A DNA stretch of 64,000 nt from Nemertoderma westbladi (Eukaryota; Animalia; Xenacoelomorpha), in the NCBI GenBank assembly GCA_032718475.1, contig JAUCBJ010007522.1, positions 1-64,000 of the forward strand, in the 5' to 3' direction. Position 1 is the first letter of the stretch. Each line of letters begins with the position of its first letter. Of the stretch, positions 21,643 to 34,641 are shown piece by piece. A program made the translations under genes and the position numbers. The notes under the pieces are model-generated. The model searched no databases. It was not told the origin of the DNA and saw only the letters and a program-made list of their open reading frames with translations.

Positions 21643-24295
21643 GTTTTAATTTTATAATTTTGAAATTCGAAGTTTTATTGCAAAGCTAAGTGTTATTTTA
21701 TTCCACACAGGTTAGAAATTGCCAAAAACTTCTTGTAACTTCAAATATTATGAACACCACCTAGCGGAAATTCATACACACGACATACACCCTTTATTTC
21801 TCAGTAATCCAGGTAGAGCTAGCTCTTAGCTAGGATTAATGTACTTTATACTTTCAAATGAATCAGTGCTCTGCCTTACTTCTTTAAAGCTGAGTTCTAT
21901 GCCGAACTTATAAAGTTTGAGACATCCCTAAATTTCATAAGACCAAATAAATCCAAGCAATAAATAACACACGCCTGAGGGATTTTATTAGACAAGCCCG
22001 CACACACGCTACAGACAGTGACTTTTGAATGCAATAAGAGTTTATCATTCAATCCCTGTTATTCCCTGAAACAACAAGTGTGGATGAATTGTATACTCGG
22101 TTCGCCTGAAATTAAACGATAATATGTTTAAAACTGATTTTGGCGTCAGGGGTCTGGATTTTACCTGTAAATAAATGAGAAATTTTAAACAGCCACAGGG
22201 AATAAATCTGTCAAAGACAAATTTCTGTGGTGGATTTATGGCTGAAATATAACGACAGGTATAGCTGTACTGTATGTGTCGTCTTCCTTGTGAGGTTATT
22301 TGAAAGGTCGTTACGATAACACTATTTGTAACTAAGTGATGCGTACTTAATTTAGGGCACGTGTTGTAACACTAAGTTACCAATTTAAATGACAATCAAC
22401 TTGTCCTAATTTCAATTATCACAGAAATGTAGGGGATGAGACGTTCGATAGATTTAAAGATATTACTGTATGTTAAGTACCTCGCGAAATGTAACTGATA
22501 AAATAATAAATAGGTTTCGGTGTCCGTTTCACACGACGATGCGAACTCGATCATGTAATCGTGCAACGGGAAAATATATAGTTATTAATTTGTCAGAAGT
22601 TAATTGCTCCACAGACACATACAGATTGCCTCGATTTATAAATCGCACGGATATACGGGGCCTTACTCCTTATATGGTATTACGCAGACTGCCAATTAAT
22701 GAAATTCAAATAAACTATAGAAATTGATGGTTGCACGTATTTACTCAATGGCATTCGAATCTAGGTGTACCTATAATTCCTTGCATAGATCACGAATATC
22801 ATACACACAATGTTCACAAATTTAAACGAAATACCAAATACGCTGTACCAAATATTAAATGTCACACCGCACTTACGTACTAAAGAAGAGTATACGTTAC
22901 TGTTGATGCCCCACTAGTTCATTCAAGCCGATTGCCTCGATTTACAAGTCGCTCAGATAGACGAGGCCTTACTCCGTGCAAGTTTGTAAGTTTTACACAC
23001 GAAGAGTAACAGGACACTTCAACCTTATCAATAAGGCGTCAACAAAGTAGTACTTGGCCCGTAATATAAAGTAAAACGATCAATCAGAAAACGACGTAGT
23101 TTCAGTCCTACACGTATTAATTCCAGTTTATTCACGAACAAAATCACTAACGTAGGTAAGAACGTCCGAGCGTGCACTCTCATAGAACCTACCTTAAGCT
23201 AGTTGGTTGTTTGATGTTGCAAAGTACCGTACTTTATTTCATCAAAGTAACAAGAGAACGACTATTACTGTCGAGGCATTTAAGACAAGATTAATTTTAC
23301 AGTTCTCAATGGTAATATAAAGTTCGATCGCGTAACCCAATTTCGAAGTTCAAACACCCCACTAGACCTAGTCAGTCGTAAAGTACTAATTGCCTCGGTG
23401 TACCCACGAATCCGTGGGAGCACTTATACAACGGATCGTTACTTTGATACAATAGGTGGGACGTAAAGTACAGTAGATATTGATGGCTGTAAACTGAAAT
23501 TAGGGGGGGGATATGTTGTAATATACGTGTAGACAGTTCCGTTTCACTACGTTGTATGCAAGTATTCGTAATTATGACTTATTATGAATTAATAATGAAA
23601 CATTTGTGAAAGGTCTAGGTATAGGGTAAGTATACTTATTACTCGTACTATTGAATCGATATTGCTATACATTGATCTTAAATATATTTGTTATGAATGC
23701 TTGTGTTCGTGTTGGTAAATAATATTACAGTGTTGGATGTCATACACACTCAATACGTTTGAACCGTTGTCGCCTGTAGGGCAATACTCGAAGTTAGCAA
23801 CTCACCTATTATGGTGGTAAATAAAAGAGATGTTTCCTTTAAACAATGTTAATACATAATGAGCAACAACGATAATAACAGCAATAATAACAATAAATCA
23901 ATGTTAACTATGTAAGTATGTAAGATAAGCATGTAAAAGGGTAAGTAAGTGAAAGTAAGGTAATAGTCTAGACCTCTTAGATCTTATGAGGTCTATTTAC
24001 GGGGTTTGAGGGTAATAATATGAAGGTTACGCCTACAAAATGAACTAAATCTAAACTATAAATACAATTGTCACAGAAGGACGGCCACTGGTAGTAGTAG
24101 CCAATGAGGACCCACAAACACGAAAGCAACACTACTCGCTATCTGTAAGCTGAGTGCAGACTTTCTGAGCCGACCAATAGGAGAAATAGGCAGACTAAAT
24201 GCAAATATCAGATTTACCAGCACGAATAAGTAGTGGGGCTAGCCGTGTATCTGAATAGCTATATTGCTGTACAAAACACATATTATACAGTAACA
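21643..24295 (-). mobile_element. 5' LTR plus UTR of the minus-strand element owning 20669..21642
   Basis: Minus strand starts TGTTACTG at 24295; CCAAT/TATA-like motifs at 24055-24180; 46-bp duplicated unit GATTGCCTCGATTTA..GCCTTACTCC at about 22624 and 22930. Confidence 0.5.
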
Positions 24296-24337
24296 CTAGC
24301 GTTACATAGAATTTGGGGCTTGTGGAGCTGCATCAAA

Positions 24338-25334
24338 AGAGACACACTTGCACCATTCTTGTTCATAATTGTGGTTGACTATGTTCTACGCATGTCCTTA
24401 GATCATCTTAATGATGATGGGGTGATGATAACTCCACCTACTGGCCCCAGAAGTCGAGGAAATCCTGCCAAGTACCTAACTGATCGAGACTTTGCTGATG
24501 ACTTAGGAGTACTCTCAGAATCACTAGAAGGAGCCCAACGGCTCCTCAGCTCATTAGAACAGGCTGCTTCTAGTGTTGGTCCTTTTATTAACTCCAGAAA
24601 GGCGAAAATTTTGACAGTTAACTTTGAAAGTCCTCAGCAAGTCTCTGATCGGATGAGCATAAGCTCAAAGGATGGTATGCTTGAGCATGTGGACGACTTC
24701 TGTTACCTGGGATCATGGATTCAGAAGTCAGGTGAGGACCTTCGAATACGTAAGGGAAAGGCATGGGCAGCCTTGATTAGGCTTTCCAGGATTTGGAAGT
24801 CACCGAGAATTAATCGGAAACTTAAGGTCCGATTATTTAGAGCAGCAGTAGTTCCAGTAATCCTCTACGGGAGTCCATGCTGGGCTCTAACTGCGAGGAC
24901 ACCAAATCTCTGGATGGCACATTCACAAGAATGCTACGCCGGGTTCATTTTATCAAGTACAATGCACATATACTATATTACACTATATACCATATACTAT
25001 ATAACATGGGAGGTGTCTCATTGGTTCCCCCAAGCTTGACACTAGAACAAAATCGCCTTCGCTTTGCAGGACATTGCTTTCGCCGTGAGGACAAGCCAGT
25101 GCATAATCTTGTACTTTGGCAGCCTCGTGGAGTGAATAAGCATGGCAGACAGCCCATGACTTTCTTGAGACGCATCTTAAAGGACACTGGCCTTGAAGAT
25201 GCGGATGATCTAGCAAATGTCATGGGTGATAGGGAGTTGTGGCGGCAAGCCATGTGGCGACATTTTGCCGACAAGCCGACACAGCATTCTTAAAAATGCA
25301 GCTGCAATGCAGCATGCCGATCCTAGTAGTAGTA
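24338..25334 (+). mobile_element. 5'-truncated RTE-like LINE (RT C-terminal half, frameshifted) with (TAG)n tail
   Basis: DTLAPFLFIIVVDYVLR, DFADDL, FCYLGS, KVRLFRAAV..LYGS..W, RLRFAGHCFR; tail TAGTAGTAGTA. Confidence 0.9.
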
Positions 25335-25339
25335 CTAGT

Positions 25340-25798
25340 GCTACACAAGACTACTAAGGGCAGCCCTAAACATCAGCTGGAGACAACACATGACAAACGC
25401 CGAACTTTTTTGTACAATACCACCTGTATCAACCACCATCCGTGAACGCAGATTAAGTGGGCACTGCTGGTGAAGTAAAGACGAGGTCATACCAGATCTA
25501 CTTTTCTGGCAACCAACTCATGGAAAGCGTAGTCGTGGACGACCGGCCATAACATATATAGACCAACTTGAAAGGGATACTGAACTTGGGAGAAACGAAA
25601 TTGTGACAACTATGGAGAATCGGGAAGCCTGGAAGGATCTCATTTCCACTGTCCGAGTTCGCTCAACCTAGTAGTAGTAGGAGAATCGGGAAGCCTGGAA
25701 GGATCTCATTTCCGCTGTCCGAGCTCTCTCGACCTAGTAGTAGTTGGAGAATCGGGAAGCCTGGAAGGATCTCATTTCCACTGTCCAAGTTCGCTCGT
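25340..25798 (+). mobile_element. Second related RTE-like LINE 3' fragment with triplicated ~65-bp 3' end
   Basis: Encodes LLFWQPTHGKRSRGRPAITYIDQLERDT..MENREAW; unit GGAGAATCGGGAAGCCTGGAAGGATCTCATTTCC..TAGTAGTAG occurs at about 25614, 25681 and 25746. Confidence 0.85.
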
Positions 25799-27045
25799 TG
25801 TACAAATTGTACAAGATAATAGTGAAATACCGCGCTAACTGCATCTGATGAGTGACTGAGTTAACTGTAACTGTTTTATAAATAACAAAATAATAATATG
25901 TTACTCAGTAATACTGTATAAACTCCAAAAATTTGTTTTGGAAATTAATTATTCTCTTATTTTCTTTACCAAGCTGTCACTGAATTGTTTAGGTTTTTCA
26001 CTGATATACCTGAAGCACTAAACTACTTCTGGTTCGCGAAAGATAGACCACTGTATGAAGTTCGTGAAGGCATTCACATGGAAGCACATCTTCATAAAGT
26101 GATCAGTCACATGACCTGTACTATAAATAAGATCAAACAACCTGCTGTCTGTGGGGATATGTGGACAAACATTGGGAGGACCCACATTGCTCGCCAAGTT
26201 CCTTTGGAAATCTTGAATGATGTAAGTTGAAAATGGTGATCAACTTTGTCAGCAACTTGTTGTCGATTAAGTTACTCCGTCACGAATTTGACTCCGCCTC
26301 TTCTGTCACGAAAAATTAATTATTAGTTACGCAAAATAAACTTGCTGGTTCCTGACAAAGAGTTGACCAAAATGTACCAAGTGTAAAGAAATAAACCAGG
26401 CTTTAATACGATAAGGAAAGTACAATATGTATTGGTAATTGTGAAATGCGAGAAGTTATTGAATAATGTATTGTTACTTATTACTACTGAATGAAGTAAT
26501 CTTACTTATTATTTTTTAGCATTTGAAACCGGCTATTGTAAACATGATTATTCAGAGATGCGGTGGATTTGTGGATCAAGAATCACTTGTCGCATTCTCT
26601 CTTTATTGGGATTTTGTAATGCGATGCGTGAAGGAAGGTATGAAAGAGGCTGCTGCTGACTCAACAACTTCAAACGGGTTCATTATATCATAAGATTATT
26701 TATAATTCTATAAGAATCTAATATTATGTATCAATATACTATTGTACAGTATATGTGCGATCATGACCTACTATACTGTTGTAGTAGGTCATGGTGTGAT
26801 CGGATCGTGTATATAACAGTAGGGCCCTATTGCTTTTAGTGTAACAATAATTGTTACAGCGACAATACATATTGCGCCTACACAGTATAATATTATGGAA
26901 AACACATTAAGATCAGATAGACAAGATAGAAGACAATATAGAGTAAAAAAAAAATAGAATTGTAATTGTAATAATAAATTTGAGGTATGCTCTTTTTGTT
27001 TTAAAATCGTCACAAAATTTACACACATCGATTAAGCCTTAAAAT

Positions 27046-27530
27046 TGGTCTAGTGGTGACATTACTGGGCTTCCGATTAGGGAACCCTGGTTTAATCCCT
27101 AGATGGGGCAGCACTGTTTGGGCACAGTGCTTTAAATGCTGCAGCCTAGCACAACCCCGGCTTTCATCCTTCAGTGGTCGATAAATGGGAACCAAGGCAA
27201 CTTGGGAAACATAGTAGAAGGGTTTACTGTGGAAGATCAACCATGGTGGTGAACAGGCTGAACTTGGCTTAACGAGCCTAAAAGATTCTCCCATTCATTA
27301 AGCCTTAAAAATTGGTCTTAAAAACTTTTAAAAACTGTGGAAGATCAACCATGGTGGTGAACAGGCTGAACTTGGCTTAACGAGCCTAAAAGATTCTCCC
27401 ATTCATTAAGCCTTAAAAATTGGTCTTAAAAACTTTTAAAAACTGTGGAAGATCAACCATGGTGGTGAACAGGCTGAACTTGGCTTAACGAGCCTAAAAG
27501 ATTCTCCCATTCATTAAGCCTTAAAAATTG
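27046..27530 (+). mobile_element. tRNA-derived SINE with Deu/Nin-like core and triplicated 108-bp 3' unit
   Basis: A box TGGTCTAGTGG, degenerate B box GGTTTAATCC, core GCTTTCATCCTTCAGTGGTCGATAAATGGGAACC; unit ACTGTGGAAGATCAACCATGG..ATTAAGCCTTAAAAATT at 27226, 27334 and 27442. Confidence 0.75.
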
Positions 27531-28540
27531 TTCTGGTCCCATATTGTATATCAAAGCTCGCACTCGTACTAAGCAGAACCTCAAAATTTGTACCCATTTA
27601 TACTTATCATTGTGAATATTTGGCACATAGTATTTGGGAGTATATTTATATTTTTAAATTTTGCTTTTGTTTTATATACCTGTGTTTGTTATAGTAATAT
27701 TTACTGCTCAAAATTTACAGTACAGTACAGTGTCAAAATAATTTTGTTGTTTTATTTTTATGTAAATAATGTAATTATTTGTAAAGTGAATTATTAAATT
27801 ATTTGTAATAATGTAAATTATGTAATTAATATTTGATTTATATTTTCAGTATTCGTATTGTACACTTGTTATTTATATTTTGTGAATTATTGCCCAACCA
27901 CGCTTGAATATGAATTAGTCATGTTGTCATTCTTATTAGTATTATGTAATAGTAAGTAATCGTCAATAATCAGTAATAGTAAGAAGTAATCGCGTTGTTT
28001 CTATGTAGTAATGAAAGAGAGGAAACAACCTGCATGTTTTTATTCCTTTTCTAGACCTACGTTTTGCGTGGAGTAATGGAGTGCATCAAGTATTATGGGT
28101 GACTTTAATGTCAGTCTCCAATGCACCTCAACATCAAAAATGGGTCTTTAGCGATAGGGTCTACCGAAATTTATTCCATTGTTCTCGCCTGGAACCCAGT
28201 TCAATAATAGAACTGGTAAGCTGTTGATAAATGATAATAATTATATTATTAAAAGTTACAGGAAAAAGAAAGTTGAGAACTTATAGGGTCCCATAAATCA
28301 CGTTATGTAAATGGAAATGAAACTTTAAAAATATATGAATAACTCAAACATTTAAACAACACAATTAGACAGAATGCAACGTCAAATAATAAAAATAAAG
28401 GTTATTAAAAGGCGTCAGTTATTAAGGCATTTTTCCGTGGTACAACAAAAACGGGCAACAACGTGTAGTGTAACTAAATAAAAGTTTATATATCACGGCG
28501 TAGCTTAAACATTAATGGCATAAAAATAATCTATACGGAT

Positions 28541-29520
28541 ACCAGACTCTGATTATGAAAATAGAGAATAGGGTGTTAATTTGCTACCATACTACTAGCT
28601 GATCTGGTATGTATTTGTTCTATAATTTTGTTGCTGCGGTGGTATACAGCAAATACCTAGCAGTACGTGGCAAGGGCGGGGTAGGATGTTAGTAACCGTC
28701 CTTTAGCCTAAACGCGTGCCGGTATAGCAGAAAGCTGCCCTTTACCTGAGCAAATATGTTGGACTCAGACATATCAGTCAAACTGCAAGGCCTATAGCCC
28801 TAACCGGTACTGTAACAATAGTACGGTAAAGTCACCAAATTATAGAGCGTGTTATTTGCAACTAGTTTACTCGCGCGTACTAGCAAACAGCATCAGCACG
28901 TACCTGTAAGAGGTACAGGTTGACTGTGGGGTTTCTGACTGAATCTGAGATATGTTGCTCCTAAATTTTACGGCGTCCCAGGACGTCGTCACACTTCGCC
29001 TTGATCTACGGTCTTACGGCGGGCAAAGGCGTCGAACAAGGTCTTACCTCGAGCATGAGCGCTTTCGGGCTGTCGAATAATGTTCAAATGGGCGTGGGCG
29101 AATAGTGGTGGTTCCCTTATGCGATGTGGGCATTCCTCCCCCTTGCATTGCTGCGGCCTAAATATTTAGGCAGCCAATCTCTAACGTCGGCTGTTCAAGA
29201 TAGATACGCAAAAAGCTACATGTTAGAGTTTTCAGTATATTTTAACATAAGATCAGAATACAAACTTTATAACTAAAAATAGCAAATGATTTAACAAACT
29301 TAAACACTAAGAATTAAGTAAGATACGATTAAAAGTTAAACCGTGATAAGCAGTTAATATTAGTAATAAGTGATAACCAAAGGGCAAACGGCACCTTATA
29401 TAGTAAATTCGAGGCATAGAATCGCACTAGAACATTCTACCATATTCCATGAGCTCACATTGGCCCAATAAATTATTAAACACCTACGATTGGCTCAGCT
29501 AATCAGTTCATTTGTTGTAC
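28541..29520 (-). mobile_element. Diverged solo-LTR-like inverted copy of 18800..19790
   Basis: Shared blocks such as TAGCTGATCTGGTAT, TTGTTGCTGCGGT, CAGTACGTGGCAAGG, GTCTTACGGCGGGCAA..GCGTCGAACAA in reverse orientation. Confidence 0.8.
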
Positions 29521-29577
29521 GCACGCTATTGGCTTATCTAATTTTAACGAAATTTAAATAAAGAAAAATATAAATTT

Positions 29578-29648
29578 GCCGACTGAGATTTGAACCCTCG
29601 ACCTAACGTACGTACGACCTACGCGCTAACCTACCGGGCCAATAGACC
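29578..29648 (-). pseudogene. tRNA-like sequence (tRNA pseudogene or SINE head)
   Basis: GGTCTATTGGCCCGGTAGGTTAGCGCG..GAGGGTTCAAATCTC: A and B boxes and T-arm present, acceptor stem poorly paired. Confidence 0.55.
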
Positions 29649-29779
29649 AGGTGGTATACAAGTGCCAAAACGTACTAGATATGGTAAATATACGATTTTA
29701 TAACTAAACTGTGAAAGCAAGGCAAATATATCGAATTTTAAAAGTTTTTTACGTAGGACTAATGTACAAATAGCTATCT

Positions 29780-30530
29780 ATAGTGAAATATTTCCACATC
29801 TATTTTTATTTATACCGGTTTTTTGATGTTTACAATTCGATGGAATTCATATAAATAAATTTATAAATTTCAAACTACTTTTTTTCGGCAGGTGCCAATT
29901 TTGATGCAGCACCAAATTTTTAAATATGTAAATTGTGTAAATTGATTGTTTGAACCTGTTTTTTGCGCAATATGGCTTTTTTGGGGTTCTGGTTACTATG
30001 GAACATTTCCGAGTTGCACCAGGCGTATCAAACTTGCATTGTTCGGTGGTGTGTTCAATATTTGGTTCCAGATTGGTTCCAGATTGTTCCACATTCGATA
30101 GATAAAATTGCTTGTGACAATTTATTGCTTGCGTTTTAGAGGGTTTATGGCTGTTCTGAATTCAATGGAATTTATAATTATCGAACTAGACATCTCAAAC
30201 TTGTATTTTTCGGAAGTGGGAGTAAAATTTTGTGGAAATAACAAACAAAGTGGGTACAAATTTTGAAAACCAACAAATATATAAATTGAATATGTCGCCT
30301 TGTTTCTTGAGTTATACAGGTTTATCAGGGTTCTGAATCCGATGGAATCAATAAAAACAGCACTGAACATCTCAAACTTGTAATTTTTGGTGAATGGTAC
30401 GAAATTTAGTGCTAGCACCAAGATTTGCCATATTGCGCCGAAAAATACGTGTAGCAATGATATGGCAAATAATCAATGTATTCCATTAGAATCAGCGCCC
30501 CAGAAAGCCTATAAATGCGAATTTATAGCA
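29780..30530. repeat. Degenerate ~190-bp internal repeats, probably a non-autonomous DNA element
   Basis: GTTCTGAAT..ATGGAAT..ACATCTCAAACTTGTA.TTTT recurs at about 30153 and 30330, more weakly at about 29835. Confidence 0.5.
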
Positions 30531-32129
30531 TCGTATAAAGTGAATTAAAAATATGTGTTGCAACCGAAAAGTGCTGGTTAGGCCTTTTGTTTCATTTTTT
30601 GCCTACGTAGAGGACTAAAACAGCCATTTATATTAATTAGATCAATTTTAAGTATTCTTCAACGGATTTTACGTCCCAACCAGGGACCTCTCACAAACCG
30701 TGTAAGTTCCACTTTTAGCTACCCCAGCTCCAGAGCAAGTCCCAACAAGTAGTTGTCCATATCCCAGTGATAACAGCGGCCAAACTGCAAGCTTATTGAT
30801 GTAATATCTTCGGGCATTATTCTTGAGCAACAGGTATCCATCCAACAACACTAAGTATTTCAGATATATTTATATTGTCACACTATAACGCTCTATTGTT
30901 TTATTAAAGAATTGAGCAACAAAAATTACAAATTTAAGAATATAATACTGTATAATTAAATTAGGTATTACATGGCAAAAAACCTTGTTTATAATTTTCA
31001 CTTGAAAATGCATAATATAAATCCCAGACCCAGATCACCAAAATAAGAAAAGTTCTTCAGTGCAATGTAACACGTTCGTGGGGCCTTCGCGCAGCACGAG
31101 GCTCACTTATGAGATACAAATTAAAATTGAGCGACTGTATCACAAAATCAGTATTTGAGAAATTTACCCACGCCACCAATCAATTAAAGAAAGGGGGGGC
31201 ATTACGTGTTCAGCCCTTTTAAACTCCCCCCCCCCCCCCCCCACCCTTCCCGCCCACCAATACATAACCGCGACATCTACCACCCACGGAAGGGTAGTAC
31301 GAACTTATTTCCAATCGCACGTTCAACATGCAAAGCCAGGTGGTTTATAGGAATATAATAAACGCAGTACTCGTCTTCATTATAAGCCTCGTTATGCTGG
31401 TTGTTACGATATATGGCGCTGTGTACCTATATTAGCCGTCATACAGTATAAATATTTAGATAAGCCATAAAGACGCGCAATCATATTTAGATAAGGAAAT
31501 AAAATGCCCACATATTTTTTGAATTTATCCATTTTATACAGTATGTAGTCCTACCCAGGTAATTTTGTAGTAAAATATAAGTAAATACTGTAGTTCCACG
31601 GTAGCAAGTTTTCTATGAAACCCTTGATATAAGCTTGCTGTTATTAGCCTCAATAGGACTAACTGCGTATTGGTTTTAATTTTCTTTATATTTGCTCTAA
31701 ATTAGAATTTATGTACCGTATTATTAGTACCGCTAAATTAAGCAACGCCAAAATTACCATATATGGTGACGATTTGTGATTCCAAGGAGGAATAGGTTCA
31801 CAATCCGGCTTCCTTATTGGCCTAGCTGCTTCCAGGTTGGTCCAATGGTAGCGCGGATTGGGGAACCAATCAGAGAACTATTGCATCATCCTTCGTGAAT
31901 CACCTATAAATTGGCTGTTTTCCGGTATGTGCATTGTAATTAATCTCAGTGTCCCTCAATCTCAGTTGCTGTTATAATTTACTTTTATGAATTCTGTTTG
32001 TTTTCTTGCAATAATTCGCAAATTCGTAATTTCTGCTTATTTCTTGCTGTGTTTCTCACTTTAATCTCAATGATTACTGCTAATTAGAATCGGAACTATG
32101 ATTTTCTACCTTTTAATTAATGGTTCTAC

Positions 32130-34641
32130 CCCTAGTAGCACACCAACGTTCACCTCACGTTTAGAATAGTTCTAATAACGTGGATAACGTTGTTCTGATA
32201 ACGTTCTAGGTGCGTTCACTGTACACGTTCATCTAGGAAGGGATTTGTCCCGCTCAAAAAACGTTGATTCGACGTCATCTTATAAACGTTAGATATTCGT
32301 TCTAAAATGGTCCGTTCAACTAATTATTTACCGAACTCCTTTTGAACGGTTTAATATTGTTTTGAAAAGGTTCAATAATGGTTCCTTCAAACGTTCAAAA
32401 CTGTTGGTTTGAACTGTGCTTGAACTAAAAGTGTAGTTCAAATATATAATTTCGAACGAATATTTAACCACTGCTAAATAGCTGTCAATCATTCACTATT
32501 AAATGATAATATGGCAAAATGCCCCTCCCCCCCCCCCCCCCCCTGGACAACTGACCACCGCTGTTAGTGCAACGATTTGTGTACTGCAGGACTGCAGCAA
32601 AAGTAAATCAACTGAACATGAAAACAAACATTTGCTTGTTGAAATAACACCACAAGTTTATATTGAATATTACCACTACTTACTTTATCACAAATATACC
32701 GAATTTACCGAACATGAGAAACATGGAAAGAAACATAACAAGAAGATAAATCAAATAGGAAATACATAATATATCATTAAGGTAAAAGTTAAATAGATAA
32801 GTCTAGAGTTAATTATTACAGAGTGGGAGTACTGTATAATGATATCTTTCTCTGGGTAGCATTCCTTCGTTTTCTCCTGAATTTTGTAGCTAGTCGAATC
32901 CCCACACACACTCCATCCATAATAAATTGCCTTTCCCAGCTGTAACAAAAATAAAATTTATTTAAAAATAAAAAAAATTAAAAGAAACATTTTATGCACT
33001 ACTTTACTTCAAAAAAAGGAAGGAGCCGATTATATAATTATACCTAATGAATAGCATGTTGTATAAGTCACTTTTACTTCAAGTGATATACTGTTAGGCC
33101 TATACTTTTATAAACTGTATACTCTTGCACAAATATGAAACCGAATCTTTCTAATGTGATGCTCATTTATACATACATATATACTATAAATATACATATA
33201 ATATATATGCCGCCTCCGCTTTGCAGGACATTGCTTTCGCCGTGAGAACCAGTGAGTCTGTGCACAATCTTGCGCTTTGACACCCCATGACTTCACCCAA
33301 GTCACCTAAGCCAAGGACATTGGCTTTGGAGATGCTGATAATTATGGGGATAGGGAATTGCGGCGGTGGAATTTTGTATATAACCTGGCATATCATTCTT
33401 TGCATGCTGCTTCACAGTAAGCCAATTGAAGGTTGCATGGTGGTGGTGGTGGAACAAATTTTTGTTATAGATAGATAAATACTTACATACCGCATTATAA
33501 ACTTGAGAGATTCAACCAAAGAATTTAAATATTTAATTTACCGCTGTGGCTTAAGCAGGCTGATCGGTAAATTGGATCAATTTAAAAAATTTATATTTAT
33601 TCAATCATGTTTTTTTGCATTAATTTTATCTGTTTATTACAACAATCTTCGAATTAAATTACATGCAGTACCGCTCATGTGATATATTAAATTACATATT
33701 TTAAAGCTAATAACTCTAACTGTCTAAAGTTCTGTCATATATTCGACTAGAAATAAAATTATTAACTAATAATTAAATTGTAAATAATTACCTTTAATCT
33801 CTTTGATGGATGGCGGCCCTTTATTATTGGTCCCGATACGGTTGAAAAGCATCACAAGATTGACCTCGATCTTCGCACTGTTCGCCTATTGAATGTATGT
33901 ACCCCATGACGTATGTACCCCATGCCGTCATAAAAATATACAGGAAATAATTGGCGAGACGCAACAAAAATTAATTTAAATTACAGTTATACAATGCAGT
34001 ATGTTGTATTACACACCGTTATACAGTACCTACTACTGTATACTTTGCTCCTGAGTTCTGTATGAACCAATATACCACTATTTTTACATCATTCAGTACT
34101 TGGGCAGTTCCAGTATTGCCTGTAATTGGATGATTCATCACAGACACTGGTTCCCATAGCGTGGGAAAGTTTGTCGTTCAGATAATTATTATTTTGAACG
34201 GAAAATGTTTAGTATTGAACCGCTATTGAACTACGGTTATGAAATACATAGTTTGGACATTTTTTGAACGACAATTTTAAAAATATCTGAACTGAAATTG
34301 AACTGGTTAATTTTTATTGGATAATAAACAATATTGAAACGTTCACAATAGAAAACGGAAATATAACTTGCCATTTACAAATCGTTACTTTTCAGTTTCT
34401 GAACTCAAATTGAACTGGTTATTGCTTTGGACGCCATTCAAACGTCCAAGAACATTAACGGGAAATTAACTGATACCATTAATGAACGTTACTTTTCAGT
34501 TGAAACACCAACACCATTTAGGCGTTATTATATGGAGACTAATTTAGAACGTTGAAATCTGGTACAGTATGTGCGACGTATATGGAGTGGACATGTTCTC
34601 AACGTCCAAAAGCTGTGTGTGAACGTTATGTGCTACTAGGG
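32130..34641. mobile_element. Non-autonomous CMC/EnSpm-like DNA transposon
   Basis: TIRs CCCTAGTAGCACA..AACGTTCAC / GTGAACGTT..TGTGCTACTAGGG; 2-bp TSD AC shown by the empty site TTCTACGTG in the 3' LTR; many subterminal AACGTT/GAAC motifs. Confidence 0.85.
33210..33295 (+). mobile_element. Short fragment of the RTE-like LINE inside the DNA transposon
   Basis: CGCCTCCGCTTTGCAGGACATTGCTTTCGCCGTGAG matches 38479-38514. Confidence 0.75.

Noticed and set aside
24233-24337. N-terminus of the 268-aa ORF as part of the LINE RT
   Set aside because: Read-in from the adjacent LTR end; RT similarity begins only at DTLAP.
25985-26230. Possible host or transposase exon (also 30669..30851)
   Set aside because: Short, no recognisable motif, and no consistent splice structure could be established.
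29578-29648. Functional tRNA gene
   Set aside because: Acceptor and anticodon stems do not pair properly; kept only as tRNA-like.
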